A stretch of 64,000 bases of DNA from a virus. The stretch covers positions 1-64,000 of the IMG/VR virus record IMGVR_UViG_3300035698_007508, one strand, 5' to 3'. Below the pieces are notes generated by a model. The model saw nothing but the letters and a program-made list of their open reading frames with translations. It made no database searches and was not told the origin of the DNA. A program made the position numbers and the translations under genes. This document shows, one piece after another, positions 56,701 to 64,000 of this stretch; position 1 is the first letter of the stretch, and the number at the start of each line of letters is the position of its first letter.

Positions 56701-58352
56701 GCCCGATCAAGACTCTGGTACTTGCGGACGATCTGCCTGCGGCAGTGACCACAGGTCTAGCAATTGACGACAGCGGTGCAGTGGCCACGTACTCGGCCAA
56801 TTACTCACCAAGTCTGTTCACGGCTAACCTGTACTTAGTACAGAGTGCCGCCGAGGTCAGCTCTAAGAAGCTGCAGTCGCCACCTAACTACAACTGGGAA
56901 GCAGCACTGACCGGTGTATCCGTCAATCAGGATATCGCCGTGCAGGACGCATCCTGGACGGAACTGGATGGCTCGATGCCTTACCTGCCGGTCTATGCTG
57001 GTAGCATGTACGTGGAATACCGTGCACTGCTGGCCGACTACGCAGACGGCATCTACTCACTCAGCGACATCGGTGACGTTGTTACCGAGCTGGGCGTGGT
57101 CCACCCTGACAACCCGCTGGCACAGGGCGTGTATAATGCGCTGCTGAACTCGGGTGATCAGTCGGTCTACTTCATGGCTACCCCGTCAGACGATCTGGCT
57201 GGTTACAGCGCAGTGCTGGACCAGGCATCCAAGACGGACGTGGTTTACGGTTTCGCGCCGCTGACGCAGGATATGAACATCCTGGCAGCAGTGGAGGCAC
57301 ACATCAACGACCTGTCGGGCGCCGAGAACAAGCGCTGGCGTATCGGCTTTGTCGGTACCGCGCTGCCGGCCGACACCGTGGTCTACGATGCATCGACCTT
57401 CACACCGGCGGGCACCGCATGGCTCGCAACCGTAACGGATAACCCGGCTGTCGCCGGCACGCAGAACACCGTGGTCCAACTGACCAACGGTTCGCCGAAT
57501 TGCGTAGCCGATGTCAAGGCAGGGGACGAGATCCGTGTAAACTTCGCGACCGACGCATGGGGTGACGAGACCTACGAGAGCTACACTGTGGCAAGCGTTG
57601 TCTCCAACACCAAGGTGATCCTGACCTCCGGGCCGGCGGCACCTATCACGATTGCCGCCAAGGTGGAAGTGGTACATCCGAACAGCACAGCGCAGATCGC
57701 TACAGCCGTAGCGGCACGCTCCAGCTACTTCGGTAATCGCCGCATCTACCACGTGTTCCCGAGCGTCGGGTACATGGACGGTGTTATGCAGACTTCCGAA
57801 TTCATGGCCGCAGCGATGGCCGGACTGGTAAGTTCAGTACCGCCGCAGCAGGGCCTGACCAACATCTCGGTCAACGGATTCACCGATCTGCCGTCCGTAT
57901 ACGGTACGTACACTCGTGCACAGCTGAACGAGATGGCTGCTGGTGGTACGTTCATACTGATGCAGGATATGGCCGGTGGTGAAGTCTATGTACGTCACCA
58001 GATCTCTTCCGCTACCACGGACGGGAACCTGTTGACGACTGAGCTCAATGTAACCAAGAATCTCGACTCAATCAGTTACTACTTCGCTGGCGTGCTGCAG
58101 CCGTTTATCGGCCGTTACAACATCACGCCGGAGTTGCTGGTCGTGCTGAGAACGCAGGTGAAAAACGGCTTGAACTACATGGCAAGCGACCAGACAGGCG
58201 CAGGATTGCTCGGCCCGATGATCATCGGTGGCGAGAATACTGCAATCCGCAGTCTCGAACAGCATCCTACGCTGCAAGATCACGTCGTTATCGTCGTCGA
58301 TATACAGCTACCGCTGCCGATGAATGTGATTCAGCTACGCCTGGTTGTGTAA
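53739..58352 (+). CDS. Contractile tail sheath protein, very large (1537 aa)
   Basis: N-terminal PQVQVFQEF; C-terminal sheath core AAAMAG....P.QGLTN...QLNEMA..G..IL...VRHQ...ELNV....D...IVVDIQLPLPMNVIQL.LVV; followed by a tube-sized gene. Confidence 0.8.
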   Translation: MAYIQPQVQVFQEFQQLPQSVVANLNAFVHGPNYRLLRYAEASEKALIGLGSYDPDANATFAFPNQPAGSTVDLDYVKLYMEDVWARYATISGASTTRLAAVSSAALNKLRAIPRVEDAEEPTTTDGVTMQASGYVYDSPALPETFYLTPSGGAVGGAWTRLNASPVAVAVADAWDGDDAVFGYRSESEGQAGTISVPTADTPLVSGVKVQGPYGVVLDMNLGGRLAGLIAYTGQPTNAQTVSIGGETLTFKTVPVSLTNDVLIGADAQATYDNLKTKVETLEPTGVYEVVHASVDSDNGNLWVIGGAMLVMPTATVANATVYAAFAFAGVRQPTVLTFRNTLGTASFTMTVDPDTLGDSIDRAIDDATPLRVNYTLGSDMVAGLNTTSRVCSIEFEAGVTTLGELRAELVGDSDIAAAFDIGELDANDTDEVVDLVIDETEAPVTADIDVMMVRDAYRIKVFPNEVTWATGNGYAHSNHFKSRGVQVGDRLRYSVVGADSVTYEGSTQVAALEADTLAAKINAPTFDVNNGATQTGTQLVPHTGANIIVKGADNQIACEGSETRVYALSDTNLYFGGDYSGGVLSDIFTITITAAGAPGTARCTVTNQSGTYTRTLVPISTINWDHADSAAMGMVDLGNNLWAVLHEDAASVEFQTGDTYTFDTALASPWAAISSARIAASGAYTGPVDTTYLVKVVRGGVFDRTHNVIDGLHNPNALVIDYGGHLLSRAQDGDTVTAGGVVFEFDDDASVTGSNTRVDISGSSAIDTDWALLVAAVNASAGAVYASQDTTADTVTIRGSYNAVDGSSMSAPGDAGVEYRVYGLQLVSQLDYDAGEWALGDIDDEYILRCTAAGTVLNAQFTLESLQGDAQTLVEFAGTGSSHAVTAGTAGLSLYFDNESETPTVNVGDYWVVRVNATRPRVQITDTAGVDQGTYKVVDNGVDFDVGLWGVQASFASNPNTEGGFATNGGLVTGDIFYIDADAASDGPIKTLVLADDLPAAVTTGLAIDDSGAVATYSANYSPSLFTANLYLVQSAAEVSSKKLQSPPNYNWEAALTGVSVNQDIAVQDASWTELDGSMPYLPVYAGSMYVEYRALLADYADGIYSLSDIGDVVTELGVVHPDNPLAQGVYNALLNSGDQSVYFMATPSDDLAGYSAVLDQASKTDVVYGFAPLTQDMNILAAVEAHINDLSGAENKRWRIGFVGTALPADTVVYDASTFTPAGTAWLATVTDNPAVAGTQNTVVQLTNGSPNCVADVKAGDEIRVNFATDAWGDETYESYTVASVVSNTKVILTSGPAAPITIAAKVEVVHPNSTAQIATAVAARSSYFGNRRIYHVFPSVGYMDGVMQTSEFMAAAMAGLVSSVPPQQGLTNISVNGFTDLPSVYGTYTRAQLNEMAAGGTFILMQDMAGGEVYVRHQISSATTDGNLLTTELNVTKNLDSISYYFAGVLQPFIGRYNITPELLVVLRTQVKNGLNYMASDQTGAGLLGPMIIGGENTAIRSLEQHPTLQDHVVIVVDIQLPLPMNVIQLRLVV

Positions 58353-58376
58353 TAGCGGTCAAACAGGAGAAGGACA

Positions 58377-58871
58377 ATGGCAGGAGTCAATGATATATTT
58401 GGGTACAAGCGTAACACAAAGCCCCAATCCGTGTTTTCGACGGAAGAGTCTATGTTGACATTCGGCGGTGTGGATGTTGGCGAGGCCGCAGTAGGATACC
58501 TGGTACAGCAATGGCAGACCAATTACCAGCAGCAGGTGCAGGAGATCTTTGAGATCGGTACAAACGCACTGTACTGGGTGAAGGGTCGTCCGGTTGGGCA
58601 AGGCACGATTGGGCGCATCATAGGTGAACACAGCGCGCAGGCCCCGGGCGGCGGGGGAAAATTCTTCCCTAAAAAAGCATACGACCTTTGCAAGGGCGGT
58701 GCTATGATCGAGATCACGGCGAAATCTGGGATGTGTGATAAAGCCGGAGCGGAACTCCACATCACAATGGACGGTGTGGTCGTGACCAGCATCGGCTTCG
58801 CAATGCGCGTACAGGACGTGATGATTAACGAGAACCTCGGCTGGCGTTTCGCTTCGCTTGAGGTAGGCTAA
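58377..58871 (+). CDS. Tail tube protein (putative)
   Basis: 164 aa directly after the sheath; LVQQWQ.NYQQ....IFEIG. Confidence 0.7.
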   Translation: MAGVNDIFGYKRNTKPQSVFSTEESMLTFGGVDVGEAAVGYLVQQWQTNYQQQVQEIFEIGTNALYWVKGRPVGQGTIGRIIGEHSAQAPGGGGKFFPKKAYDLCKGGAMIEITAKSGMCDKAGAELHITMDGVVVTSIGFAMRVQDVMINENLGWRFASLEVG

Positions 58872-58939
58872 GAGTTACACATACGACGCTGGGGCCGAAC
58901 GCCGAAGGCTGCATTGCAGCCAGTGCTTACACAATCTCT

Positions 58940-58980
58940 ACCCCGGTCTAGGCGGATTACTTCGTCTTGGCCGGGGTTTC
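58940..58980 (+). terminator. Long hairpin terminator after the tube gene
   Basis: ACCCCGG...CCGGGGT with inner AGGCGGA/TTCGTCT, followed by T-rich sequence. Confidence 0.65.
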
Positions 58981-58996
58981 GTTTTAGGAGCCTATT

Positions 58997-61396
58997 ATGC
59001 CGCAACAGACCGGTCACGAAATGGACACGGTGCTGGGTCTACAGCTACCACCGGGTCAGCGAGGTTACGACGAAACAGCGAATATCGCCGGCCAAGCACA
59101 GAGCCAGGCGCAGAACCCGTACAACACGCAGTTTTTCTCGGGCGTGGTTATCCGCGCCAGCACCGGTGCGTACGATACCATCGTACGCACATCGTTACAC
59201 CCCAAACTACCGTGCCTACAGTGCGCCAGTTCTCTTGGCAGCATGGCCGGCTTCGGCGTAACCGACGACCACCTGATCAGCGAAGGTGAGCAGGTATTGG
59301 TATTCGTGCGCGATCCCCGCTGTAAGTTCGGGATCATCATCTGTGTGATCCCGCCTATGTATATCGGCGGCACCACCGAACGTATGCAGGTAGGCATGCT
59401 GGAGCCAGAATCCGGCGCCGCCCAGTTCACAGAGCAGGCACACATCGAGCCGCACAAGTCCCCGTCCGAGCTGCACACGCTCTCCTCCGGCGGCGGACGC
59501 GCTACAGACGTGTTCCCGGGCAATCAGGCATGGCATAACGAGCTGGGTATCGGTATTGCCATCCGTAACCTGATGGCACATCTGAAGGCATCGGACCGCG
59601 CCAAGATCGAGACGTTCATACTGGACGATCTGGTACGTGTGGTCAGTGGGCAGTATCAGCACTTCCATGCGCTAGGTGCCACGCATATCCACAATTCGAA
59701 AGGTAACTGCACGATGGAGCTGTCGGGCTCGCAGCATCAGTGCGAATTGCAGGGCTACTCCACCTACGACACTCCGTTCACCAAGCGCGTAGATGTCGAC
59801 AATACTGGCGCCAAACAGACCGCGTGGGACCTCAAACAGCCAGATCAGACGATGATACGGCGGCTGTCGTACTTCCTGGGCCATTTGCCCGGTATCCTAC
59901 AATTCTTCATCACAGCCCCGGAACAGGGCTCGCCCATGCGCTACGAGACCAAGGCCAAGGACGCTGGCCTGTTCCACCTGGGCATCGAGGATAATGGCCG
60001 TATGATCGTCCGCAGCGCGTCTGACATTGTACTGGAGCGTACGGACCATATACAGGCACCCAAGAAGCTGCACGAGGCCTGGGACCCCGCAGGGAGCCGG
60101 CATCCGGGGCCTGGGCCGAAGAAGCCGTGGGAATGGGGTGACGAGGACTTGCGTGCGCGTCCGTTACAGCAGCGTGACGCATCCAAGGCGTGGTTGCGGG
60201 CGATGTATGCTGGATTCATGGGTAGTCCCGACGACTGGTACACGCCAGAGGAATCAGAACTTACGCCGTCGCGGAAATACGACCGCGTATCAGGTAGCGA
60301 AGAAGACTACGACCTCAAGGAACACACCCGTAAGACCTGTAGCGTGACGCTGCGTAAAGACGGCGGAATTACCATGCGTGAGCATGCCGGCGCCGAGGTT
60401 TCGCTGATTGATGGCCGCGTAATAATCACCGCCCCCAAGGGCGTGGAGATCCGATCTGGCAAGAGCATCGTCAACCTGGCCCAGGAAGACGTCGTGATCA
60501 AGGGCAAGGATAGCGTCGATATCTCAGCCACCGACCACGACGTACGCATCAAGGCGCAGCGTAATCTACACGCGTGGTCCGGTCAGAACATGCTGCTGGA
60601 GTGCGATGCCGATGGCGAGATGTCTCCGGACGATAAACCGCCGTCCGTGGTCGGCGAAGACTTCCAGGCCCGTGGTCTGGTACTGAAAGCTACCAAGAGT
60701 CGTGTCCTGGCCTGGGGTAAGACGGTGCACCTGGCCGCTATTCGCGATGTGTTTGTCGAGACTATAGAACGGGCTGCGGGTAATATCACCATGGCAACGC
60801 GTTACCTCCAGATGGCGTGTCGAGCGTGTGTTATAGCCAGCAGTCCCGATACCGGATTGGCGTTGACCAAGAATCAGGCATTACTATTTGGTAACACTAC
60901 ATCGCTCGTAGGTAAGTCAAGTGCGAACGTGGTCAGTGGTGACAAGGCTATGGTACCGCTGCACTGGGCTGATATAGGGTTTACGCCACATGCGCAGGTC
61001 GTGCCGACGCTGCAACGCATACAAGACTACCGTACAGATTATAGCTGGCTCGCACCGTTTGAGCCGGAAGTGCGTGATTCATGGATGTTCTCATTCCGTA
61101 ACGCTCGTCAGGCCGGTACCGAGAGTACCGCGCAGGAAGAGTTCCGGGTTTACGAGTCACTGTGGGCGTATCAGTCACGGAATGGCGGTACGGCTGTAAA
61201 ACCGTGGAAAGAAGAGCCAGTCAACGAAACGTTTCCTTGGCCTGCCAAGGAACATTACGAAGGTGAGCCGTACTTTGAGCTCGATGAAGAGCTGAACGTG
61301 GCGGACACGAAAACGGGAATGCCCAAGGCGATGGCGAAGCGCGCAGGTAAAGGCGCTACGATGACGCCCAGGGATTTCCACAAATACATAGGTTAG
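58997..61396 (+). CDS. Baseplate hub / central spike-like protein (gp5/gpV/VgrG-like)
   Basis: OB-fold-like N-terminus (GEQVLVFV...GIIICVIP) and beta-helix repeats (SVTLRKDGGITM...RVIITAPKGVEIRSGKSIVNLA.EDVVIKG). Confidence 0.65.
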   Translation: MPQQTGHEMDTVLGLQLPPGQRGYDETANIAGQAQSQAQNPYNTQFFSGVVIRASTGAYDTIVRTSLHPKLPCLQCASSLGSMAGFGVTDDHLISEGEQVLVFVRDPRCKFGIIICVIPPMYIGGTTERMQVGMLEPESGAAQFTEQAHIEPHKSPSELHTLSSGGGRATDVFPGNQAWHNELGIGIAIRNLMAHLKASDRAKIETFILDDLVRVVSGQYQHFHALGATHIHNSKGNCTMELSGSQHQCELQGYSTYDTPFTKRVDVDNTGAKQTAWDLKQPDQTMIRRLSYFLGHLPGILQFFITAPEQGSPMRYETKAKDAGLFHLGIEDNGRMIVRSASDIVLERTDHIQAPKKLHEAWDPAGSRHPGPGPKKPWEWGDEDLRARPLQQRDASKAWLRAMYAGFMGSPDDWYTPEESELTPSRKYDRVSGSEEDYDLKEHTRKTCSVTLRKDGGITMREHAGAEVSLIDGRVIITAPKGVEIRSGKSIVNLAQEDVVIKGKDSVDISATDHDVRIKAQRNLHAWSGQNMLLECDADGEMSPDDKPPSVVGEDFQARGLVLKATKSRVLAWGKTVHLAAIRDVFVETIERAAGNITMATRYLQMACRACVIASSPDTGLALTKNQALLFGNTTSLVGKSSANVVSGDKAMVPLHWADIGFTPHAQVVPTLQRIQDYRTDYSWLAPFEPEVRDSWMFSFRNARQAGTESTAQEEFRVYESLWAYQSRNGGTAVKPWKEEPVNETFPWPAKEHYEGEPYFELDEELNVADTKTGMPKAMAKRAGKGATMTPRDFHKYIG

Positions 61397-61404
61397 GAGA
61401 CATC

Positions 61405-62205
61405 ATGGACGAACAGAAAAAGACAATCGAACACCCACGCGGGTTGCAGCAGAAGCTGCGGGAACACATGAAGGAGACAGGCCAACTGTCATCGTCTGAC
61501 GTGGCCGCATTCCAGCGTGGTGAGGATTCAGGCGACGAGAAGCCACGTGTACAGGGTGCGATGCAGGAAGCGACTGTGATCACGGAACCGACGGTGGACA
61601 AGACCGACCCGCTTATCAAGGCCGCCGAGGGCGAGACCGATACGGAGCAGGTCGCTAAGGCTGCGGAAGAGACCGCTATCCAAGATCTCAATCCCATGGA
61701 ACGTGTGGCGCAACGTCGGAACAAGATTATCGTCACACCCCAGGACAAGGAGGCATTTATATCAGCCGTGATCAATAACACACGAATGGAGCTGACCTTC
61801 CCGATCTTGGGCGGTAAAGCCGCGGTACGCGTGCGTTCCCGCAAGGTACCCGAGACCCGGGCCATCATAGCCCGTGAGCGTTTTGAGCTGGACACCGGTA
61901 TGATGCAGACCCGTATGGATTACACGTTGCGGCTCCGTTCCATGATTATGGCCGCGCAGATCGCTGAGTTCCGTGGCGAGCAGTATCCAGAGCTGGCTAA
62001 ACCGTTGATGCCCGTAGCGCAGGCCGAGAGTGCGACTACTCCGCCGGGCTGGGTGAACTGGATTGATCATTGGGCAGAAGTGGGCGATGGTACACACGCG
62101 TTACTCTGGAACTGTGTACAGACTTTCGAGGACAAGTATTGGCGCATGGTGGAAGATGCACAAACCGCGGATTTTTGGCTGCCCGCAGCATTTACCTCCG
62201 AGTAG
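61405..62205 (+). CDS. Tail assembly chaperone (gpG-like)
   Basis: Position before the tape measure; ends just after a GGATTTT slippery site. Confidence 0.6.
   Translation: MDEQKKTIEHPRGLQQKLREHMKETGQLSSSDVAAFQRGEDSGDEKPRVQGAMQEATVITEPTVDKTDPLIKAAEGETDTEQVAKAAEETAIQDLNPMERVAQRRNKIIVTPQDKEAFISAVINNTRMELTFPILGGKAAVRVRSRKVPETRAIIARERFELDTGMMQTRMDYTLRLRSMIMAAQIAEFRGEQYPELAKPLMPVAQAESATTPPGWVNWIDHWAEVGDGTHALLWNCVQTFEDKYWRMVEDAQTADFWLPAAFTSE
62169..62175 (+). promoter_or_regulatory. Putative -1 programmed ribosomal frameshift site G-GAT-TTT
   Basis: Heptamer correctly phased near the end of ORF 61405; the -1 frame stays open to 62600. Confidence 0.6.
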
Positions 62206-62600
62206 CCGAGCTGCTGCGGGCTGCGCATCCGCCAATTGAAATGAATTTGCACCGGCATTCCGGTGTCGCCCTAAGGCTAAGGGCCGATGTACTGGACTCA
62301 ACCACTAGGTTGGGTGCACGTTTGCAGTATATGCAGGCGTGGGCATCAGTACATGCCCACCCGAAGGCTGACATCGAAAGCGCAGGTGACACGCTGCGCT
62401 CAATGTACTATGATGCATTGAATGAGTTACCGTATTTGACCGGCGGTAAGTCGGGCGACGAGGTACAACAGGACGAGCGGATGGCAGCCGTACAGCGATA
62501 TCAAGAGCACCGTGACAGAATAATTCAGCCTGGGAGCAAACCAGCGCCGAAGCTTGAGCGCCCAAAATCGGCCAAGAAACATAGGCAGATACCGGTATGA
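62169..62600 (+). CDS. Frameshift extension of the tail chaperone (gpGT-like C-terminal part)
   Basis: -1 frame ORF overlapping the chaperone end, stop overlapping the tape-measure ATG. Confidence 0.55.
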   Translation, partial: GFLAARSIYLRVAELLRAAHPPIEMNLHRHSGVALRLRADVLDSTTRLGARLQYMQAWASVHAHPKADIESAGDTLRSMYYDALNELPYLTGGKSGDEVQQDERMAAVQRYQEHRDRIIQPGSKPAPKLERPKSAKKHRQIPV

Positions 62601-64000
62601 TACCAACAATCTATGGCATGATGGATATGAGCCAGTACACTGACTTAGTGAGCGGCCAGCAAACGCCGTACGCTGGTCCCGCACAAGCCGCGGGAGCGTT
62701 ACCGTCTCCACAGGCATTCAGGGCCATGCAGCAGCCTCCCCAGCCGTTCAACAACCAATGGGGTAATATGTTGTACCAGGCGAGCGCCCCGCTTATCGCA
62801 CACGCACTGGGATACGATAACGCCGTGTTTGCGCCGCAGATGGGCGGCGGTATCAGTGGTTTTAACGCGGAGTATAGCGCTGGCTTCACAACACCGTACA
62901 GGCGGGTCGGCCAGCAGCGTGCAGCGCAGCAGACGGCTATGCAGTTCGGCAATGACTTCGCGGCGGTCGCGAATCGGTTAGGCTTCCGGCCTAAGGATAT
63001 GTCGGCGGGTGAGTTCCAGGAAGCGATCTCTAACTTCGCGGGCGGGACATGGGGACAGGTAGCTGCGGAGTTCGCGGTTCAGTCGCCGATGGTGCAGAGC
63101 CTAATGGGTGGTAATCCCATCGAAGCCTATAACCTAATGGCCCGAGCGGGAGCCGGCGCCATCTCACCCGCGGGCTCTGTACTCGATATCGTGAGCCCTA
63201 CAGGCGAACTCAATGCCGCGTTACCGTTGCAAATGGAAGAACACCGCTGGGAATTGTACAGCAAGCTGTCCGACGCTGTGTACGGCTACGACCAGGCGTA
63301 CGAGGATCCTAAGACTGGCGAGATCAAAACAAGGCGTGCCAAGGGGACGACGCCTAACATGGGGTTCACCAAGGGCTTTCGTACTGAAGACGTGATAGGC
63401 GGCTTGCACGAATACATGACCAAGCGTGATTTCGGGTACATGACCGAAGACGGGCCCAGGATGTACCGCAGTATCAAGCAAGATCCGGACGCGACCCCGG
63501 AGGAGAATAGTGCGCGGTTGGTTGACCAACAGGCCGAGATGACCTCGGAACACCTTGACATGCTAGGCGCGGCCCGAGACGCGTTCGGATCCGAGAGCGT
63601 GGCCCAGCTGACGGCCAACCTTGAAAAGTTCACGCGGGGCGGGGTTAACCGGATTGATCCAAAGCGGCTGAAAGAGACGATCGACAATATGACCGCTACG
63701 GCTATGGCGCTGGGTATCGAGGGTACCACGTTCCTGGAGACCGCACTTGAGGTACAGACTATGTTGAGCGGAAGCGTAGGTCTAGCATTAGGCGGCAGCG
63801 CCGGGGCGATGCGCACAGCGTCCGGGCGGACGATCGGTGGTTGGGGCGCCACAAGCGTAACACAGGGTTTTATGAACCAGGTTGGCGCTATGGCATCGCT
63901 GCGTGGTGACATGACACGCAACGGACTGCTGGATGCTGCGGCTGACCAACAGGCGTTATTTAATCTCGGTATGTCTTCGGTGCAGGGTAAGGATATCCAA
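62597..64000 (+). CDS. Tape measure protein, N-terminal part (runs off the window)
   Basis: Hand-translated frame from ATG 62597 is open for 468 codons to the window end; Ala/Gly/Gln/Met-rich; follows the chaperone pair. Confidence 0.7.
   Translation, partial: MIPTIYGMMDMSQYTDLVSGQQTPYAGPAQAAGALPSPQAFRAMQQPPQPFNNQWGNMLYQASAPLIAHALGYDNAVFAPQMGGGISGFNAEYSAGFTTPYRRVGQQRAAQQTAMQFGNDFAAVANRLGFRPKDMSAGEFQEAISNFAGGTWGQVAAEFAVQSPMVQSLMGGNPIEAYNLMARAGAGAISPAGSVLDIVSPTGELNAALPLQMEEHRWELYSKLSDAVYGYDQAYEDPKTGEIKTRRAKGTTPNMGFTKGFRTEDVIGGLHEYMTKRDFGYMTEDGPRMYRSIKQDPDATPEENSARLVDQQAEMTSEHLDMLGAARDAFGSESVAQLTANLEKFTRGGVNRIDPKRLKETIDNMTATAMALGIEGTTFLETALEVQTMLSGSVGLALGGSAGAMRTASGRTIGGWGATSVTQGFMNQVGAMASLRGDMTRNGLLDAAADQQALFNLGMSSVQGKDIQ

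Noticed and set aside
1-64000. Long minus-strand ORFs in the track (e.g. 16083-17492, 53973-55178, 14962-15858, 7966-8607)
   Set aside because: They are antisense shadows of well-supported + strand genes in GC-rich DNA, with no SD or recognisable motifs
1-64000. Terminase, DNA polymerase, integrase, endolysin, RNAP alpha or sigma
   Set aside because: No Walker/nuclease, polymerase, recombinase, hydrolase or sigma motifs recognised; presumably encoded outside the window

Overview
A 64-kb fragment of a large (probably jumbo-type) contractile-tailed dsDNA phage, GC-rich, with essentially every gene on the + strand. 1-18.2 kb is an early/accessory region: class II ribonucleotide reductase (5'-truncated), tRNA-Gln(UUG), exonuclease III, dCMP deaminase, a YkgJ-like Cys-cluster protein, many small overlapping hypothetical genes and several structured intergenic RNAs. 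18.3-64 kb is the virion module: putative portal, many K-x-A-motif and glycine-zipper internal head proteins, prohead protease, scaffold, decoration, major capsid, neck, a 1537-aa tail sheath, tube, baseplate hub/spike, tail chaperone with a -1 slippery site, and the start of the tape measure. Inside the head module sits a bacterial-type multisubunit RNA polymerase in an unusual arrangement: beta fused to the N-terminal half of beta-prime (catalytic NMDFDGD), and a separate beta-prime C-terminal half with a LAGLIDADG intein in the bridge helix. The most unexpected signal is a perfect 63-bp inverted copy (13731-13793) of a coding segment of a late gene (24745-24807), embedded in a tRNA-like structured element ending in CCA; it is a candidate trans-acting antisense RNA. 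All calls come from motif reading by eye; no searches were run.
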